DNA of 64,000 nucleotides from the NCBI GenBank assembly GCA_030141605.1, contig JAQGDQ010000086.1:305418-369417 (forward strand), given 5' to 3'. The stretch is from Tubiluchus corallicola. Its lineage: Eukaryota; Animalia; Priapulida. The position numbers and the translations under genes were made by a program. Below, piece by piece: positions 29,459 through 44,400 of the stretch (within the stretch, counting starts at the first letter, position 1; each line of letters starts with the position of its first letter). The notes beneath the pieces are model-generated. The model was given only the letters and a program-made list of their open reading frames with translations, was not told where the DNA came from and made no database searches.

Positions 29459-32400
29459 CTATTCATGTCGAGCCAGCAAGCGTGCCATCAACCGATCAGT
29501 CATCGGGGAATCTGGCTTGAATGCCTTTCTTTCAATGAGCAAAGCCCTGGATAAGCAAAGAAAAAATGTAACATTCTAGTCTCACAAAGTTTCCTGTTTT
29601 ATCAATGTAATCCAGTCTTTATAGCTAGTTTGCCTTATACAGTCATTCACACAGTCATTCCAAACACTGTTAGTGTCGAGTTTGACAGTGTTGGAAAACA
29701 CTAAAACAGGCAGTGAAATTTGAATTTCATTCACATTCTTGATTTTTGTCAGTGTCGGTCATCACTCTTGGAATGAAAAGCCAATAATATTCATGCTGAC
29801 GACTCTGCTGAAATGAAAAAAACCCATCTACAGCAGATGCAAACAGCGCACTATCACTAAAACACTGAATTATTAACAAAAAGCGTTTTTATTTTATTAT
29901 AAGCACAGAGCTTTCTGCAATAGACTGTATGAAGAAGGAGACAGGAGTAAAGAATTTATAGTCGCTATATACCTATACAGGGTAATGTACAGGTACTTGC
30001 ACTCGTACTGTATTAAATAACTTGCTATGGCTACAGTGCTTTGTAGTGATGAGATTGATTAATTGGAGTTACAATCGATCATTGATTATTTTTTCAGCTG
30101 CCCACACAAATTGATTGCATTACCAACGCCATTTGCACTTATTTTTTGGAAAAACCACAAAAATCGCACAATAAACATAGCCATCATCATCATTAGTCCA
30201 TTACATTTATTCATAATTTATCATATTATTTATAGTAGACATTGGGCAGGCAGAACTCAAAATTAAAAATCTTCCCTCAAAATAGGTAAGTGGCACAATA
30301 AATGTAGCAAAAAACTAGACACTGCTATGCCAATGGCTTGACAGTACCACTTCTAAGATGTAAACATGAAATCATTGCTGTGAAATCAAACAACATCAAA
30401 CTACCTCATCATTCTGGTGATGCTGCTTAAACGCGATGGTTTTTCATAAACACAAGCATGTGGTAACATAGTGGTTTTATGTGCACCTACTTTCTTAAGA
30501 AAAGTTCTAAGCAAAAATAAGTCAGTTTTGTTGGACTGTTTTATAAACTCCAAACTAATAAAATAAACTCATTTAAAACTTATTCCTCACTTTTTACTTT
30601 TTTCGAAAAGTGTAATTAAAACAGCAATTGTTAAGATAACGAACCTTTTACACTAGATGTTATTTGTTAAAAATTTCAAAATTACTAGCTTTTGATGACC
30701 AAAAACCAATTATTGAATCGATTTCATATTCGATTATGAAAATGAAACTGTTATCCAACCACTACTGCTTTGATAACCAGGTCCTGCTCTTTCTGCATTA
30801 GAGGCAAAAGTTTGTTAAGTAACCGAACATACTTGGTGTTATCTGAATATCATTAGAGTAATTTGCATTTCTGCTCTTAGTTCTGGAAATAATTAACAAT
30901 AACTTTTTGCTGTACTGCAACAACTTTTTTTACCCAAAGGTTCTTTTTCCTTTGGTTTTATTTTTCCTTTTGAATTCCAAATTGAAACAAAGCTCATTTT
31001 CATAAAAACTGTTTTGGTGCTATTACAGAAATGAATAGAACAGATCTTCAACAAACAGTTTATGTGCAAAGTAACTGTCAGTGAAAACTTGTCATGTGAA
31101 CACAGTTCAGTATTTTGACTGTCATGTTTTGAAAGACCATGTGGACTAGGCATTAGCAACTTCAAAGAAGAGGGTCACTTTTGATTTTTGGGGCACAGTA
31201 TCACAGTTTGTTTACAAATCACAGGCACTAAGTTCCTAAATAATAGCTTCTGTGGTCTAACACAGTAAAGGTTAAATGGGGACATGTGGACGTGAAAAAG
31301 ATGGACACAAGTTTTCACACAGATTCGCTTTTTTGGGTTTTCGGATAAAGTTTTTAAGTAGAAACCACAATTAAGCTGCAAATTAATTAATTAAAGCTAC
31401 TCTACAACTTCTCAGAGTTAAGTTTTCATAGACCACTTAGAACATTTTGTGATTTTCCTAAGCGGACCAAATGAGTCTCATGATTTCACCGATGTAAGAC
31501 TTTCATAGATTATCATTGCAATTTTCTGAAAATAGTCACTGGTTCAATACTTCAGTATTCAAAAAACCTAATGTTGTTCAGGGACGATTCATACCCAAAA
31601 TAATCAAAAATGACAACATGGTCCAGTATATAGTTCTATTTCACATGCTCTTCTCTTGGATATTTAAAAAAACTATACAATGGCAGTTACCTGGCCAGTT
31701 TCTGGTGCTGTGATGATTTAGATTTTAAGGCAGCATGAATAGCAAATTGACTAAACACGTCCCTCTGTAACAAATGAAATAAAATGTGTCAGACACTTAA
31801 AGTAACTAATTCAAATTAATTGATATGAATGCTGGTGCAGAGTAAGATTTGCTTATTTTTTTATAGCGGGAGAGTGAAAAAATCACTACTAGTTAAGTGA
31901 AAAACCGATTAAGTGATTAGAATTGAACTTGAAATTCTGTGTTTAAAGATCGTATTTCAATGCTTAAATTTTAATCAATTCAAGATCAGAAGACTTTGCC
32001 ATTGGGCTACTAGATACGATGCAGGCCTGCAACTCACTGTTTTCATTTATGGAACTGCAATTGCCAGTGTGAACCAAAAAAGATGATGTATAGAGATCAA
32101 TAATAAAAAACTCAATTAAATAGCAATGCTTTTCTAGCCAAAAAAGATGATGTATAGAGATTATTAATAAAAAACTCAATTAAGCAGCAATGCTTTTCTA
32201 TGCTTATGTGAAAATGATACTGCTTTCCAGTTCACCTGTGCATTGCTGCCTCCTATTTTCAACACGTCATATCTCAATGGTTTTATTATGTCCACAGCTT
32301 GCTCAAAGTTTCCGGAATCATATTCGATAAAAGCTTTAACCAAAGAAGTACCAACTTCCTTCATTACGGGCTGTTGCGAGCCTTCACCATTCCTGCACAT

Positions 32401-35400
32401 AAAGGGAACATAAAATACATTACATAGTCTTCAAAACCCCATAAGCATATCTAAGGCCTACCTGGAGAGGCTTGCTAGTTCAATAAGAATCTGGAAGAGT
32501 GTATAATTTTCGTTGTGCAACACAGAACCGGCTTTGCCTCATTTAACACAAAATATAAATGAATATGAATATTGCTAAGTGGGTTATTCGAGCCAAATAA
32601 GTGTTAATAAAATACATCATTCATGTTAAATTTCTACGCTTACAAATAATCATTAATCTGAGTTGAAAGGCTAATTCAATTTATTGATATATAACTTCTT
32701 TAGCTAATTCTGCAGTGCTAAACATCTGTAATTTTATAAAAATTGCATAATTGATACTATATCATCATCGCAATAAACAGTTTTTTACGTTAAATGAACA
32801 TTAGACTGCATAATGAGGACACCAATTTAATCACAAAATGATCATCGATACATGTTTATTAAAGTTTCGTGTTTACAAAGTTAACATACTTTACAAAGTC
32901 CTTCATTGAGTGCAATAGTCTGTCAGCATAGTCTCGTTTCTTAGCGCCCAAAAAAGACATCAGAAAATGCATATCATTGAAAACAAGAAGGTGATCATCT
33001 ATGTGAGGTCTACAAATTTCGTAGAGTGCCTCCCATCTATCTTCTCCCACTTTTACACCTAGGATCAAAACATCTTACAATTTAAAAATGTTTACTATCG
33101 CTATAAATTATTTAGTGAGGAAGCAAAAATCATACAAATCCACAAATAACTAACATGCTACTATTGAACAAATTATAACAACTTATAAAACATTCAAGTC
33201 TGAATTTCTTTGTTGTGTTGAATAAAGTTGTGTAATAACTTGCAACCAATACCTAACTGTTGAAAATACAACATTTAATCACTGTCACATATAAGAAAAG
33301 TAGTTTACTGGTTTTTTTAATATCAGCTAGTGAGTGCTGTCTAATGTCAAATCATGTGCTTGTATATATTCGAGTCAGAATTTCTTTGTAATATAAAATT
33401 GGGTAATAATTTGCAACCAACACCTAACTATTGAAAAGATGATATTTAATCGATATCACATATAAAAAAGTAGTTTACTGGCTAATCAGTGCTGGCTAAT
33501 TGTCAGACGTAGCTTGTATAAATCACAAATACCATAAACAGAATTTATAAATGGAAAGTGTTTGGAAAAACATGTTTCTATAATGTCATAAGCTCCACGT
33601 CTGCCGGTCAAGCCACTTTTCTCTGCCAAATAATTTCCTTTAAGGGTGCACCAATCTTCTTCAGGAGCTTAGAAATCAATCTTGCCTCGTTAATCACACC
33701 AATAGCTCTGCCTTAGTATGCTAGATGACCTGTTTGATGCAAATAATTGTAAAAATGGTAAATTATCTTACCTTCAAGCTCAAGTCGATAAAGCAGAGAA
33801 CAGGCATCAACAACATCAAGCATGGCACCAGATTTAACTCTATGCCCAACCTGTGTGTGAATACATAAAACCTTGATAATTAGTAAGTCATGGATTTTTA
33901 AACTTCCTTTATTCAGAAAAAGTCATTAATTAAAGGTTTTCAGTATTAATAAATAAAAAAACTTGGGTGACTTCTAAGTAAGAAAGCATTTTTTTTTACA
34001 AAAATGACTAATGCTGCTTTACATAACAAGATGCTATGGCAGTGCATTAATATAAGTCAACCAAAGAAACTTATCAAGTGTTACCAAAAAAATTAAAAGC
34101 AAGGGTTGATAAATAATCAAAAACCTAAAACATGCAACTCTTAAGTTAAGTGTAACGGTAGAATTATATTCAACTCACTTCAGCATCATAGATGTCTAGT
34201 GCTGCGCTGTGCTCACCCTGCAATAAACCGTCAATCAATCACAATGTTATTACAGAAACACAAAATCTTGACTGGAAACTATTGCTAAAAACTCAACATT
34301 TAAAATTGCAAGCATTTAGATATTGCGAAAAAATTCAATTTTTAATTGACAGATTTAACATCTCTTTAAAATCACTAATAAATTATACATGCAAACTGTA
34401 CAAGACACATGGATTTTAAAATTAAAAACATAATATTCCAACTACATATGGACTCTTATAAATTTATAGGGACTTTCCCAACCTTAAGTCAAATGTCTAA
34501 AAATAATCAAATGTTTTGGTTAGTATGGATTGACCCTAACATAACCCTAATGTGTAAAATTTAATTAAACAAAAAGGTAAAAGCTTCATCCACCAGATAG
34601 AAAAGGCTTTCAAAGCTTCATCCAATTTCTTGACAAGAGATTTGTTGACTGTATGACCAGTAGCAATAATGTGTTCATTGAGACGAGTGTGAGCAGTATC
34701 GTGTTTTCTTATTACATGTAGCAGTGTAGAACTTGCTGCAATCACCACAATCAAACTGATATATGAACTGATGATTTATGAGAAATACTATCAACAGTGG
34801 GTTCACGACTACTGTAAGTCCATAAAAGTTCTTGTATAATATCGAGCCAAGTTTGTTACTGCAACAATAGATTACTCTTCTGTGCCCAAATAATGTGCTA
34901 CTTTATCAGAAATGCCAGGGATAAATGGAATACAAGCCCTACTTATTTGACAGGCAGAGGTTTACATTACAACAAGGCAAAGGTCGCGAAATACTAGATT
35001 GTAATATACCAGAAACGATAAAAAGTAAACAAAATTGCTATCTGTCATTTTCAACAACGAGCTGCATATATAAACGACGTTCAATATGCTGATTTATTTA
35101 ACACTATTTAATATAATATTTTAACTGCAATTTGTATATAATACACCACACTTGTTTCATTGGTTCACTTGTTTACTTTTTTTCAAGTACAGTATCACTA
35201 CTAATCATAATACAGGTAAGTGTCTTTGGATTTTTCCCGTTGTCTACTTATCCACCTCAAGCTCCATTTTTGCTTCCTACAAATTTAAAACCATATTAAA
35301 AAAAACTTAAATGCATTACGACCAGAAACGGCATTATTAATGAATACAAGAAAAACTTCATACCTGTTCAATGTGGTACACAGCCCAGTGCCAGAAGTTA

Positions 35401-38400
35401 TGGCATGCTAACATTCCACAGAACTGAAATAGATAAAATTTATGCACTGAATCGACTTCAAGTAACACGTCTTTTTTTATCATAATTATCCGGCCTTTCG
35501 GGATAATTTTACTTGTCCACATGTCCTAAGCATCTTGTTGATATTCAAGATTACAATGACTGCAAATAATATTATTCAAGGAATAAAAAAATCCATTTGT
35601 TTTAAAACCATCATAATATGATTATATATAATATAAGTTACATATCACAAATCCATACATGGCCAAAAATTTTCATACAAATGCTCACCCCTAGTTGCAT
35701 GATTTCATTTTGCAGTCCCCTGATGTCTCTTACTACACTCATCATCGTCCGAACTCTTACAAATCTAATTATTGCATTTGCATTATCAGAAGTAATTTTG
35801 CATTGCCAGGCAGCCTCCCATTATTTGCTTGTTGCCATATATGGAGTTTGTTCACTAATTTGCCTAAAATCTACAGTGAGACAAGCATCCTTGGAGGTTC
35901 TGCAAACATTTCCAGCCAAAAATTCAATCAACTGAAATCGTATCTATTATCTCCAGCGCAAAAAAGATTCCTAAATTTCTCCTGGAATAACCAGCAAATC
36001 CAATCAAGCATTTGTGCTGCATACATCGTTTTGCTTGAATTCACGTGGTATTCAAAACAAAACTGTTCATAGTGTTGTCATTATAAAATTTTAGTTATGC
36101 TCATACTCATAATGCCTGTTCCTTGTTCATCTTTCTATAGCCAATTTGTCTTTCTGTTGTTATTAAACTGTGTGATTGCTATAAACAAATTCGCGACAAC
36201 TGATGTATATTGACAAATGACAACTGATAAGTGATAATAAGAGCTTATAAATGAGATTCCAAAGATTGCTATTCTCTTGCTGTTCAATAACATGCAGCCA
36301 CCGATTTAGCATGCAAAAATTTAATGTGTCTCTGCCATTTTAGCATTATTCACTCCAGGGATAAGGCAATCACTTTTGAAACATTACAGGTTTGTTTTAT
36401 AATATAATATAATATAATAAATAGAAACAAACTGATAGCTGCTTTGATAAGCCTGTATTTTTTTACTTAATAAGGTTTTTCATTGTCTATACTATGCCCA
36501 ATATTTGGTTTATATTATGATGTATTTCAATTAATTGAAGGTAAAAAAGAAAAAAATGATACAGTTAGATGTATCTAACTATTTTGTTTCGTAGTCTAGT
36601 TTCAACTTTTGGGCTATTTCTGGTAAATTAGCATGTATTTACTATATCAAACAATAAACGATAATCAGTCATCTATTCATTCTTCGCCCATATTACTAGA
36701 CTTAATCCATGATTTAACTACGTATATATTTGCCACAAAAAAAAAGAAAAATTATTTGTATCATTAGCTTGAAAATAAAAAACTACAAAATATGATTGAT
36801 GTTTTCTGTATTCCTAAGCTGTAGTGCTCCTGGAAACATTAATCAAACTTACATGAATTAGTGAGAAATATGGCCCAAAACAAAACAAAATCACTTAATT
36901 CAAAAGCTAAACCACTCGAGTATGACAGTCATTACATACTTGGCATAAACTAATCAAACAGTCGGAAGAGCAAAACAATTATTCCGTGTGTCAAAGACGC
37001 AGAGGATGATTCACTTACCGTCCAATCATTCAATGTCTGACTTAAAAAAGAAATTCCTTCAAGAGTCCTTCCCTGCATTTCAAACACGTGGGCAAGTGCA
37101 TGAGTGGCCCAGGCATCTTTAGGTATTAGTTTTGACCAAACAATTGTCAAAATTATAATGATTAAATAAGGCTTTGTATATATTCAATGACTTCAGTAAA
37201 AATAGATTTAACTAACAACATTTTGCTTGTTTGAAATGCATAACAGAAATGTTTCATTAGTAAAGAAAAATGAAGAATAGCAAAGTGGAAACAAACAGAT
37301 TTAAGCTAAAAGCAGCCTTGAAACAATTACTGAAAACTGTAAATTCACCACATATTAGTTAAACAGCAGGACATAAGAATTATTGGAACAATCCTTTAGA
37401 AGAAACAGTAGGTTTTTTAAGTTTCATGACTATTTTACAAATAACAATTATGCATAGATACAAATAAATTATAAAAACATGGTGTGAAGAAATTCCAAGC
37501 TACTAAACTAAAATGCTATATTCCAGTGCTATTTGCGATATCATCCATTAGTCAAAAAATAAATTAATGTAAGGTAGTGACAATTTAACAGACACCTTAG
37601 TTGGCAGTGTTAAGCATTAGTTTTAGTTTAGTACAAACACTCTAGCTGGAATTATAAAAAAGTTAAGCTACTACAGTTAAAGTTTGTTATTCACAGTGCA
37701 GGAACATTTTGTCACAAAAAAGTACTGTGCTGTTAGTACAAGATAACACAATGCAAAGGGGCGGTAGTATCACATGTCACCTTAAGCATTTCAGATAAGT
37801 GGTTAGATTTATCATGTTATAAAACTTTACAACCAAGATAACACTCTTCAGACAATGATTTTTTTTGACAGAGATGTAAATATGCCCACAGTTTTATTAT
37901 AGCTTAAAATAGCCAAGAATAGTATGATAGTATAAATACAAGAAAGATATTTGGAAAACACTATTTCAGTGACACGTTGTCCGTCTTGGGCGTCTTCCAT
38001 CCAAGATGTTAAAGTGCCAGTAGGACTGCATTTGATCCAAACTTCTACCATTGACAAATTATGCAAGCAATGCCTTAAAAGAACTGCATGACTTTCAGCG
38101 CATTTTCCCATCACACGGCTGATTTTCTCAAGTTCATTTAAACAGCATAAACAGCAAATTATCACCTGTGGATATTTGCTGCAAGTTAAATGAGCCAGTA
38201 AACATTATGGGGTTTATCATTTCCACAAAAGATCAATGGAAAGCCAGTAAGTAGCAAGTTAACATTAGATATGTTAAAGATGCAGTGACAATCACCACAA
38301 TCAGTTTATTGCACAAGCTATTTTATCAAATTGCTACAAGGCTTTATAAAAATGAAATTAACTTGCTCTCTAGAGTGATGCCCCAAAATTTGCGCAAGTT

Positions 38401-41400
38401 CACTGTCTTCAGGAATTTCACTGACAATGCAGTCTCTTAAAACTAAATTTTTTTTACGTTAACTTGTAAAGTTGCCATGATTATATTCGATTTTATTCAA
38501 TTAAAATTTTAATAGCCTTGTTTAGAAAGACAAAAATGAACCCAAAAAATAAAGAAATTCTGTTTTTGCATTACCAAACATAGTAAGGGTGTTTCGCCAT
38601 AGCATATAATTCTTAGATTCGAGGTTGCTTTCTGTAGGAAGCAGTGCAAAAAACTCACCACTTTCATTCTCAAGCTTAATTTTCACACATAGAAACATTA
38701 AAACATATATATATATATATATACTACTAGCTGTATTAAAAACAGTTCCCACCAGGACATGCCAAATTCATTGCAACACATTAATCTGTATGCGTCTAAA
38801 GCAGCAAACAAACAAAAAATCGATATATTTTTCTGTAAGAAAACAAATCACAGTTTTATTAGCTGTTTGGTCAAATTTTGCAATACTTTGTATGGCACAG
38901 AGAACCAATGAAGAGTGCTGTTCTATAAAGGTCGAACTTGACACAAGTTAATACAAGCTGATTTAATATAAGAGTGGCATCATATTAAAATTATTAGTCT
39001 ACAGAGACATCATCATCAAATGAACATTTTACAAAAGTTGCACCGTAATTAGAATGTTAAATTATTAAACTAAGCTCTTTTTAGTACAGTCTGACTGGTG
39101 GAAGAAACAAAATTTCTAATCCCCCATTATCTAACTTCAAATGTTTAAAACTCCTTTGAACTATAGTACCCATAAATATCAATGGTCTCATAAATCCTAT
39201 AATAACTATCACCTACTTAATAAAGTACATAAACTGCAGTAATGGTAACAGTTAGTGTAAATTTATAAACACGATAAGAAGTAAACTGTAAACTGAAGAT
39301 AAGTTGATAGTGATTATAGTACATAGTAGCTGATAGTACATAGTAGGTGATAGTACATAGTAGCTGATAGTACATAGTACCAGGTCAGTATGCTCTAGAA
39401 TTCCACTATAAAACCTAGTGCAGGACATGTGGTACAAGAACTGACCATGCACGCAGTAAGTTGCAGTGTATGCCAGTAGGCATACAGCCTGCTATCATAT
39501 GAAGGATTTCAATTACTTAACAAAGGCTCTTCTTGCATCTAAATGCAGGAAAAAGCACCACTTGTTCAGAGTATTAGCATTTTTGCTTGCCTCACAAAGT
39601 TAAATTTTACCTGCAAACTATTTGGCGCAAGACACAGGCACGAGTTTAATGTAGTGCTAGGTCGAGTGCAAGATGATGGCTTTTGCAAAACACTAGGACA
39701 AAATATGTTCAAGTGAGAGGTGGTATATCCATCTAGGGTGTTAAAGCCTCATTGCGAAACTGGAAGTTGATACAAGGTACTGACAAAAACCAGCCTAAAA
39801 GTCATTTCTTACAAGCACATATTTGCTAAACTTAAGAGCAATAACAACATACAACAGAATATTAGGTAATGTTTTCTACATAAGTTGTGTCTTGTCACTT
39901 CCGTGTTTTGACAATTTCTCAGAAACCAAATGCGGCTTGTACATTTTTTAGTTTAAAGGATGTACAACAAAATATGCATACAAACTGTCAGGCAGTGTAC
40001 CTTTGCCTTAAAAAATATCTTTTTACATGTTAGTATAAGTTGAAAAGAATTTAAAGCAAAGCTGTTATGACTAAGAGCAATAAAGACATCTACCTCTTAA
40101 AAAAAATCAAGGCAAACCTTTCGGGCATATTTCTCTGCTTCTGCAAATTGATCCGTCTCATTCAAACCAAAAGCATACATACCAGGCAAATAGCTACAAA
40201 TAAATAGATTTGTTTAAGGAGGATATTTTCTGTAAGGAAGTAAGTTGTTGAATAAGCTAATAGAACAAATTAAGAAAATGTCTTCGATTAAAATCTGTTT
40301 AATTAAAAGCCTACCGAATAAGTACAGTAAAATCATCTGTCAATTAACAACGAGAACAGTTGAGTACAGCACGTGAATGGCCATTATTAAAAGTCATGTG
40401 CGGAATGTGATATCAGGCACCGAAGTGCAGTCAGCAGAATTATGCCGACTGTTATGGTAGCAGCGTCGTATGGCGATGAGTATGACTAGACTTAACTATA
40501 CCTTTGTTGTCGATATTATAGCTTGAAATTATTTTTTGACATTACATTTTGTATGCTTACTAGACAGCGATAAATTTACATTGTTAATGATCGGACTTTA
40601 CATACGTGTGGCTTTACATTTTTTGTTATAAAGACCCATTTTGGATTCCAAAAAAAGTCCAGACATAACACATTTTCTCAACTGATACATTACTTCATTA
40701 CAAAATTATTACATTACATTGCTAAATTCTTGTTTACATCTTTAATTTTTACACACTATTTCATTTAGCAGGTTTAGCAACATTTGGAAGTTTAAAATCC
40801 AGTTACACTGATATGAGATGGATTCTACTAATTTAAATAAGGTACTTCAATAGGGCAAAACATATTGCGCTAAATGAACATTTAATATCCAACACTAATG
40901 ATTACGTACATTCAAATATTGCCCATAAAAGATCAGGGAAGTGGGCATAATAAGTAGTCTCCTTAGTTTAGTTGTACAAGTTGGAAAATGGTACAAATAA
41001 TTTAACTTCATACAAAAATGTTTCTATTAGATGCACATTTTTCATTTGGTAAAGAAGTTATTGGCGGGTTATACTTGTAATGGTACTCTTTATAACATCT
41101 ATGACACATAATCATTACGAACCCGTATAAAGGTATAGTTTCTTTGTATGAAGGCAACACTCGAGCAATTGAGTCACGCATGCTCCTTAGTTCACCTCTG
41201 TAAAAGTATGAGTCGTGAGCTAGCTTCAGAGCTAGAATGTCCGTGGGGTGGTCAATCAGAATGTCCTCCCAAACTAAAGCTCCTTCCAACATTCGCCTAC
41301 AATTGAATATAAGTGTAATATTTAGTACGACACGCATCACTTGTGTGTACATCGCCAGCCACGTTACCTAGGTTAACTCTTTCACGACTATGAATATTTG

Positions 41401-44400
41401 GGTGGTTTTGTCATACTTGAATAAAACTGCCTATTACGGCTTCTGTGAGATACTAGTGCAGAGCTAAGGTTTCCCGAAAAAGAGTAAAACTTTTTTCCAT
41501 CACTCTAAATTTAACGTTTCGATTTTTTTATTAATGCAGTAATTAAAAAGATAATTCAAAATGCCATAGAATTTTTATTTCAAAGCCTTCTAGCTTCCAA
41601 GTGATCAGTTGTATCTAAAACTGTAGAGCATTCATTTCTGCAGAAAATGTTACATTCTGTGAACACACATCCAGATGACAATAAAAATTACCTTGGCATG
41701 GTAATGAGCACAGGGTAGATCAACATTCGCTGTTCTGATGAGTTGCTGTACAAGCGCAAAACAAATTTTTATCCACTAGTTTACAAAAAACTTCTTCAAA
41801 TACTAAACCCGAAAAATACAACAGCACATTTTTTGTTCTTATAAATTTACCTGTATGCTAGCTGCTTCTTTCCGAAATTTCATTAAATTTGGAGAGTGGA
41901 AACTTTAGTTAAAAAGTTATTGTTTTTATCCGTCACAGAAGACAGGTTACTGTATGTACCCATCGGGATGGAGTTAAAAAGTTAGTCGAATTACCAGAAT
42001 GTCTAAGTTAATGTTGCAGATCCTAAAATATGTATTTTCTATATAAAAATAGTAAACAAGTACAGATTACAAAAACTTTACTATGAAAGGCTGTTGATAG
42101 AAATGGGTGAAGAGTATAACTAAGTGTTCACAGCTCCAAAGGAGGGATGATACATACATCTTGCCACAATCATATACATCAAGTAAGTGTGTCACTGAGG
42201 ACTGAATCCACATTTACGAAAACTTACAAGACCATACAAGAAAAGAAAGACACTCCTGCAATATATTGTGCATGTAACAGACAGTGTTGGCAGGTGTACA
42301 AATATATACTTCGATGGAAGCTTGGCAGTTTGAGGTCTTGGAAGGATCTGGCAACACAGTGTATCTAGCAGCAGTACAGCATTATGATCACTGCTAATAT
42401 AGAAATAGAAGAAAAGATCATACAATTAAATAAACTATTCTATTACCAACATACCCTTCTCCACAGAGGCGAATTGCTTCCATGTGTTGTTGCTCTCTCT
42501 TAGTCAAATTTGATGTTTGCGCCAGATTTGCCATTTCATCTAATTCTTTGCGAAAAGTTGGATCCAGTTTAGGTGATCGGCCTGTACCCATTATTTCCAA
42601 GCCATTCACGAGAATTCGGCCCATTACTGGAAGCAAACAAAATTTTGATAAACCAGAAAGATGAAATTTATTCACAGTTAATGCTTCTGCAAACAGTGCA
42701 TGAATGACACTAACAGCATACGAATTAGTATCATACAGAAAAAGCTAAAAGCTATAGAGTTAAAATATTAAAAAACGTTGAGAAAAAGTAATGACATTGA
42801 TTATTATTTACATCACATTTTAATTACACAAAAATGTTTACCAAGAAGAGCTTGGCAAATATTGGAGCCAGCACTTGCTGACAACAGCATCATGTGATTG
42901 GCCAGTTTACACCATTGACTGCTTCCTGCTACATGCATCGACTCCAAAACACTATTAATTTAAACTTCAGACTACAAGCCAGCAGGTTTCACAATCTAGT
43001 AAACATTAAACAGCTGCCTAACTACAGGAACAACACACACACAGATTTGCGCAAAAGAAACGAAACATCATGTACAGCACAATGCTATTTTATGTAGTAT
43101 AATAGTCCATAAGCCCATAAATTTGAATCCCTACATAGTTTGAAAGACTTCTTCAAGGCGGAAAACAAAATTCTTAATAATTTAAAATATACGCACTGCC
43201 TGATAAAATGTCACCCATCCACATTCCAGTGTGCACCACCGATTCACCAAAAAACAATTTATTGATCTTATTGACAATATAAAGTTATTTAAATTTTTGC
43301 TAAGTAAGTGAAGAGTAGGCTACAAATGGTCTGATTATTTCTCCAAACTTAACTCACTGTCATCTTCATTTTTCCAAATGACTTAACCATTAAAATGGCT
43401 ACGTATAAGTTTAAATTTACAAGTTTTCTAGAGTGTTACTGCTAACGCAAGCTCTGCATACAATGCAACATCATGTAAGTGATATAAAATTTCCAAGTCA
43501 AATTTTTTAAGCTTTATTTATGAAGAGCGTTTTCTTGTGCTTTAAATGTTAGACTTTGCTGCAACTAGTTACAGCATAAACAATACTGCTCATGCAAGAT
43601 AATTGCCACATACTTCTCAAAATGAACAAGTGTGGTATGCAGTAGGTATTACGTGAAAAAGTTTAGAAGGAAAAAATAATACTTATTACCTCATAATTGA
43701 TGCGATACATGGGGACTAAAGTTTTACATTCCACCTGCCAATACCAGAACTCCAAGAAGACAAGGCCAAGACCAAAATGCAACACCAGAACTCCAATTTG
43801 TGAAAAATTAACAACGAATACTTTGAAAGTACATTTATAAAAGCAAGAATTTGAAGCACACAAAATAACAGCAAAATGTGCATGGTGATAGAACAAAGAC
43901 GTACAGAAAAAGAAAGAGTGAACCACAGAAACAAATGGTGCCATAACATCAGGTGCCACACTCTTACCAAAACTTGGATCAGATAGGACTAGTCTTTCCG
44001 CAGTACCTCGAATTCCTCCCAAATGCTCAAGCTCATGCCAAGAAACCCACTACGTGAAACAAAAAACCATTCAAAATCAATTAATATAGATAACACCGAT
44101 CCTTACCAAACTGTGGATCAGTGCTTATGATGGCCTTTGCTGTACCTTCCATTCCGCCAAGGGTTTGCTCATCATACCAACCAACATACTATATAACAAG
44201 CAATCATTAAATTAATAACATGAGCATTAAGTATGCAATCTTAATAGAATTTTTTCCTCACATGTGGATAAGGAAAAACTATGTCTATGTGGTTGTTACA
44301 GTTTAAGCTACTGTTACTATTGAAATTACTCAGAAGTTAATTGGATTCCACATCTAAAATGGCTTTGAAGAAATAACTGATTAAGGAAATGATTTCTTTT

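Noticed and set aside
39317-39380. Repeat array as CRISPR
   Set aside because: Eukaryotic intron, with tandem units and no spacers.
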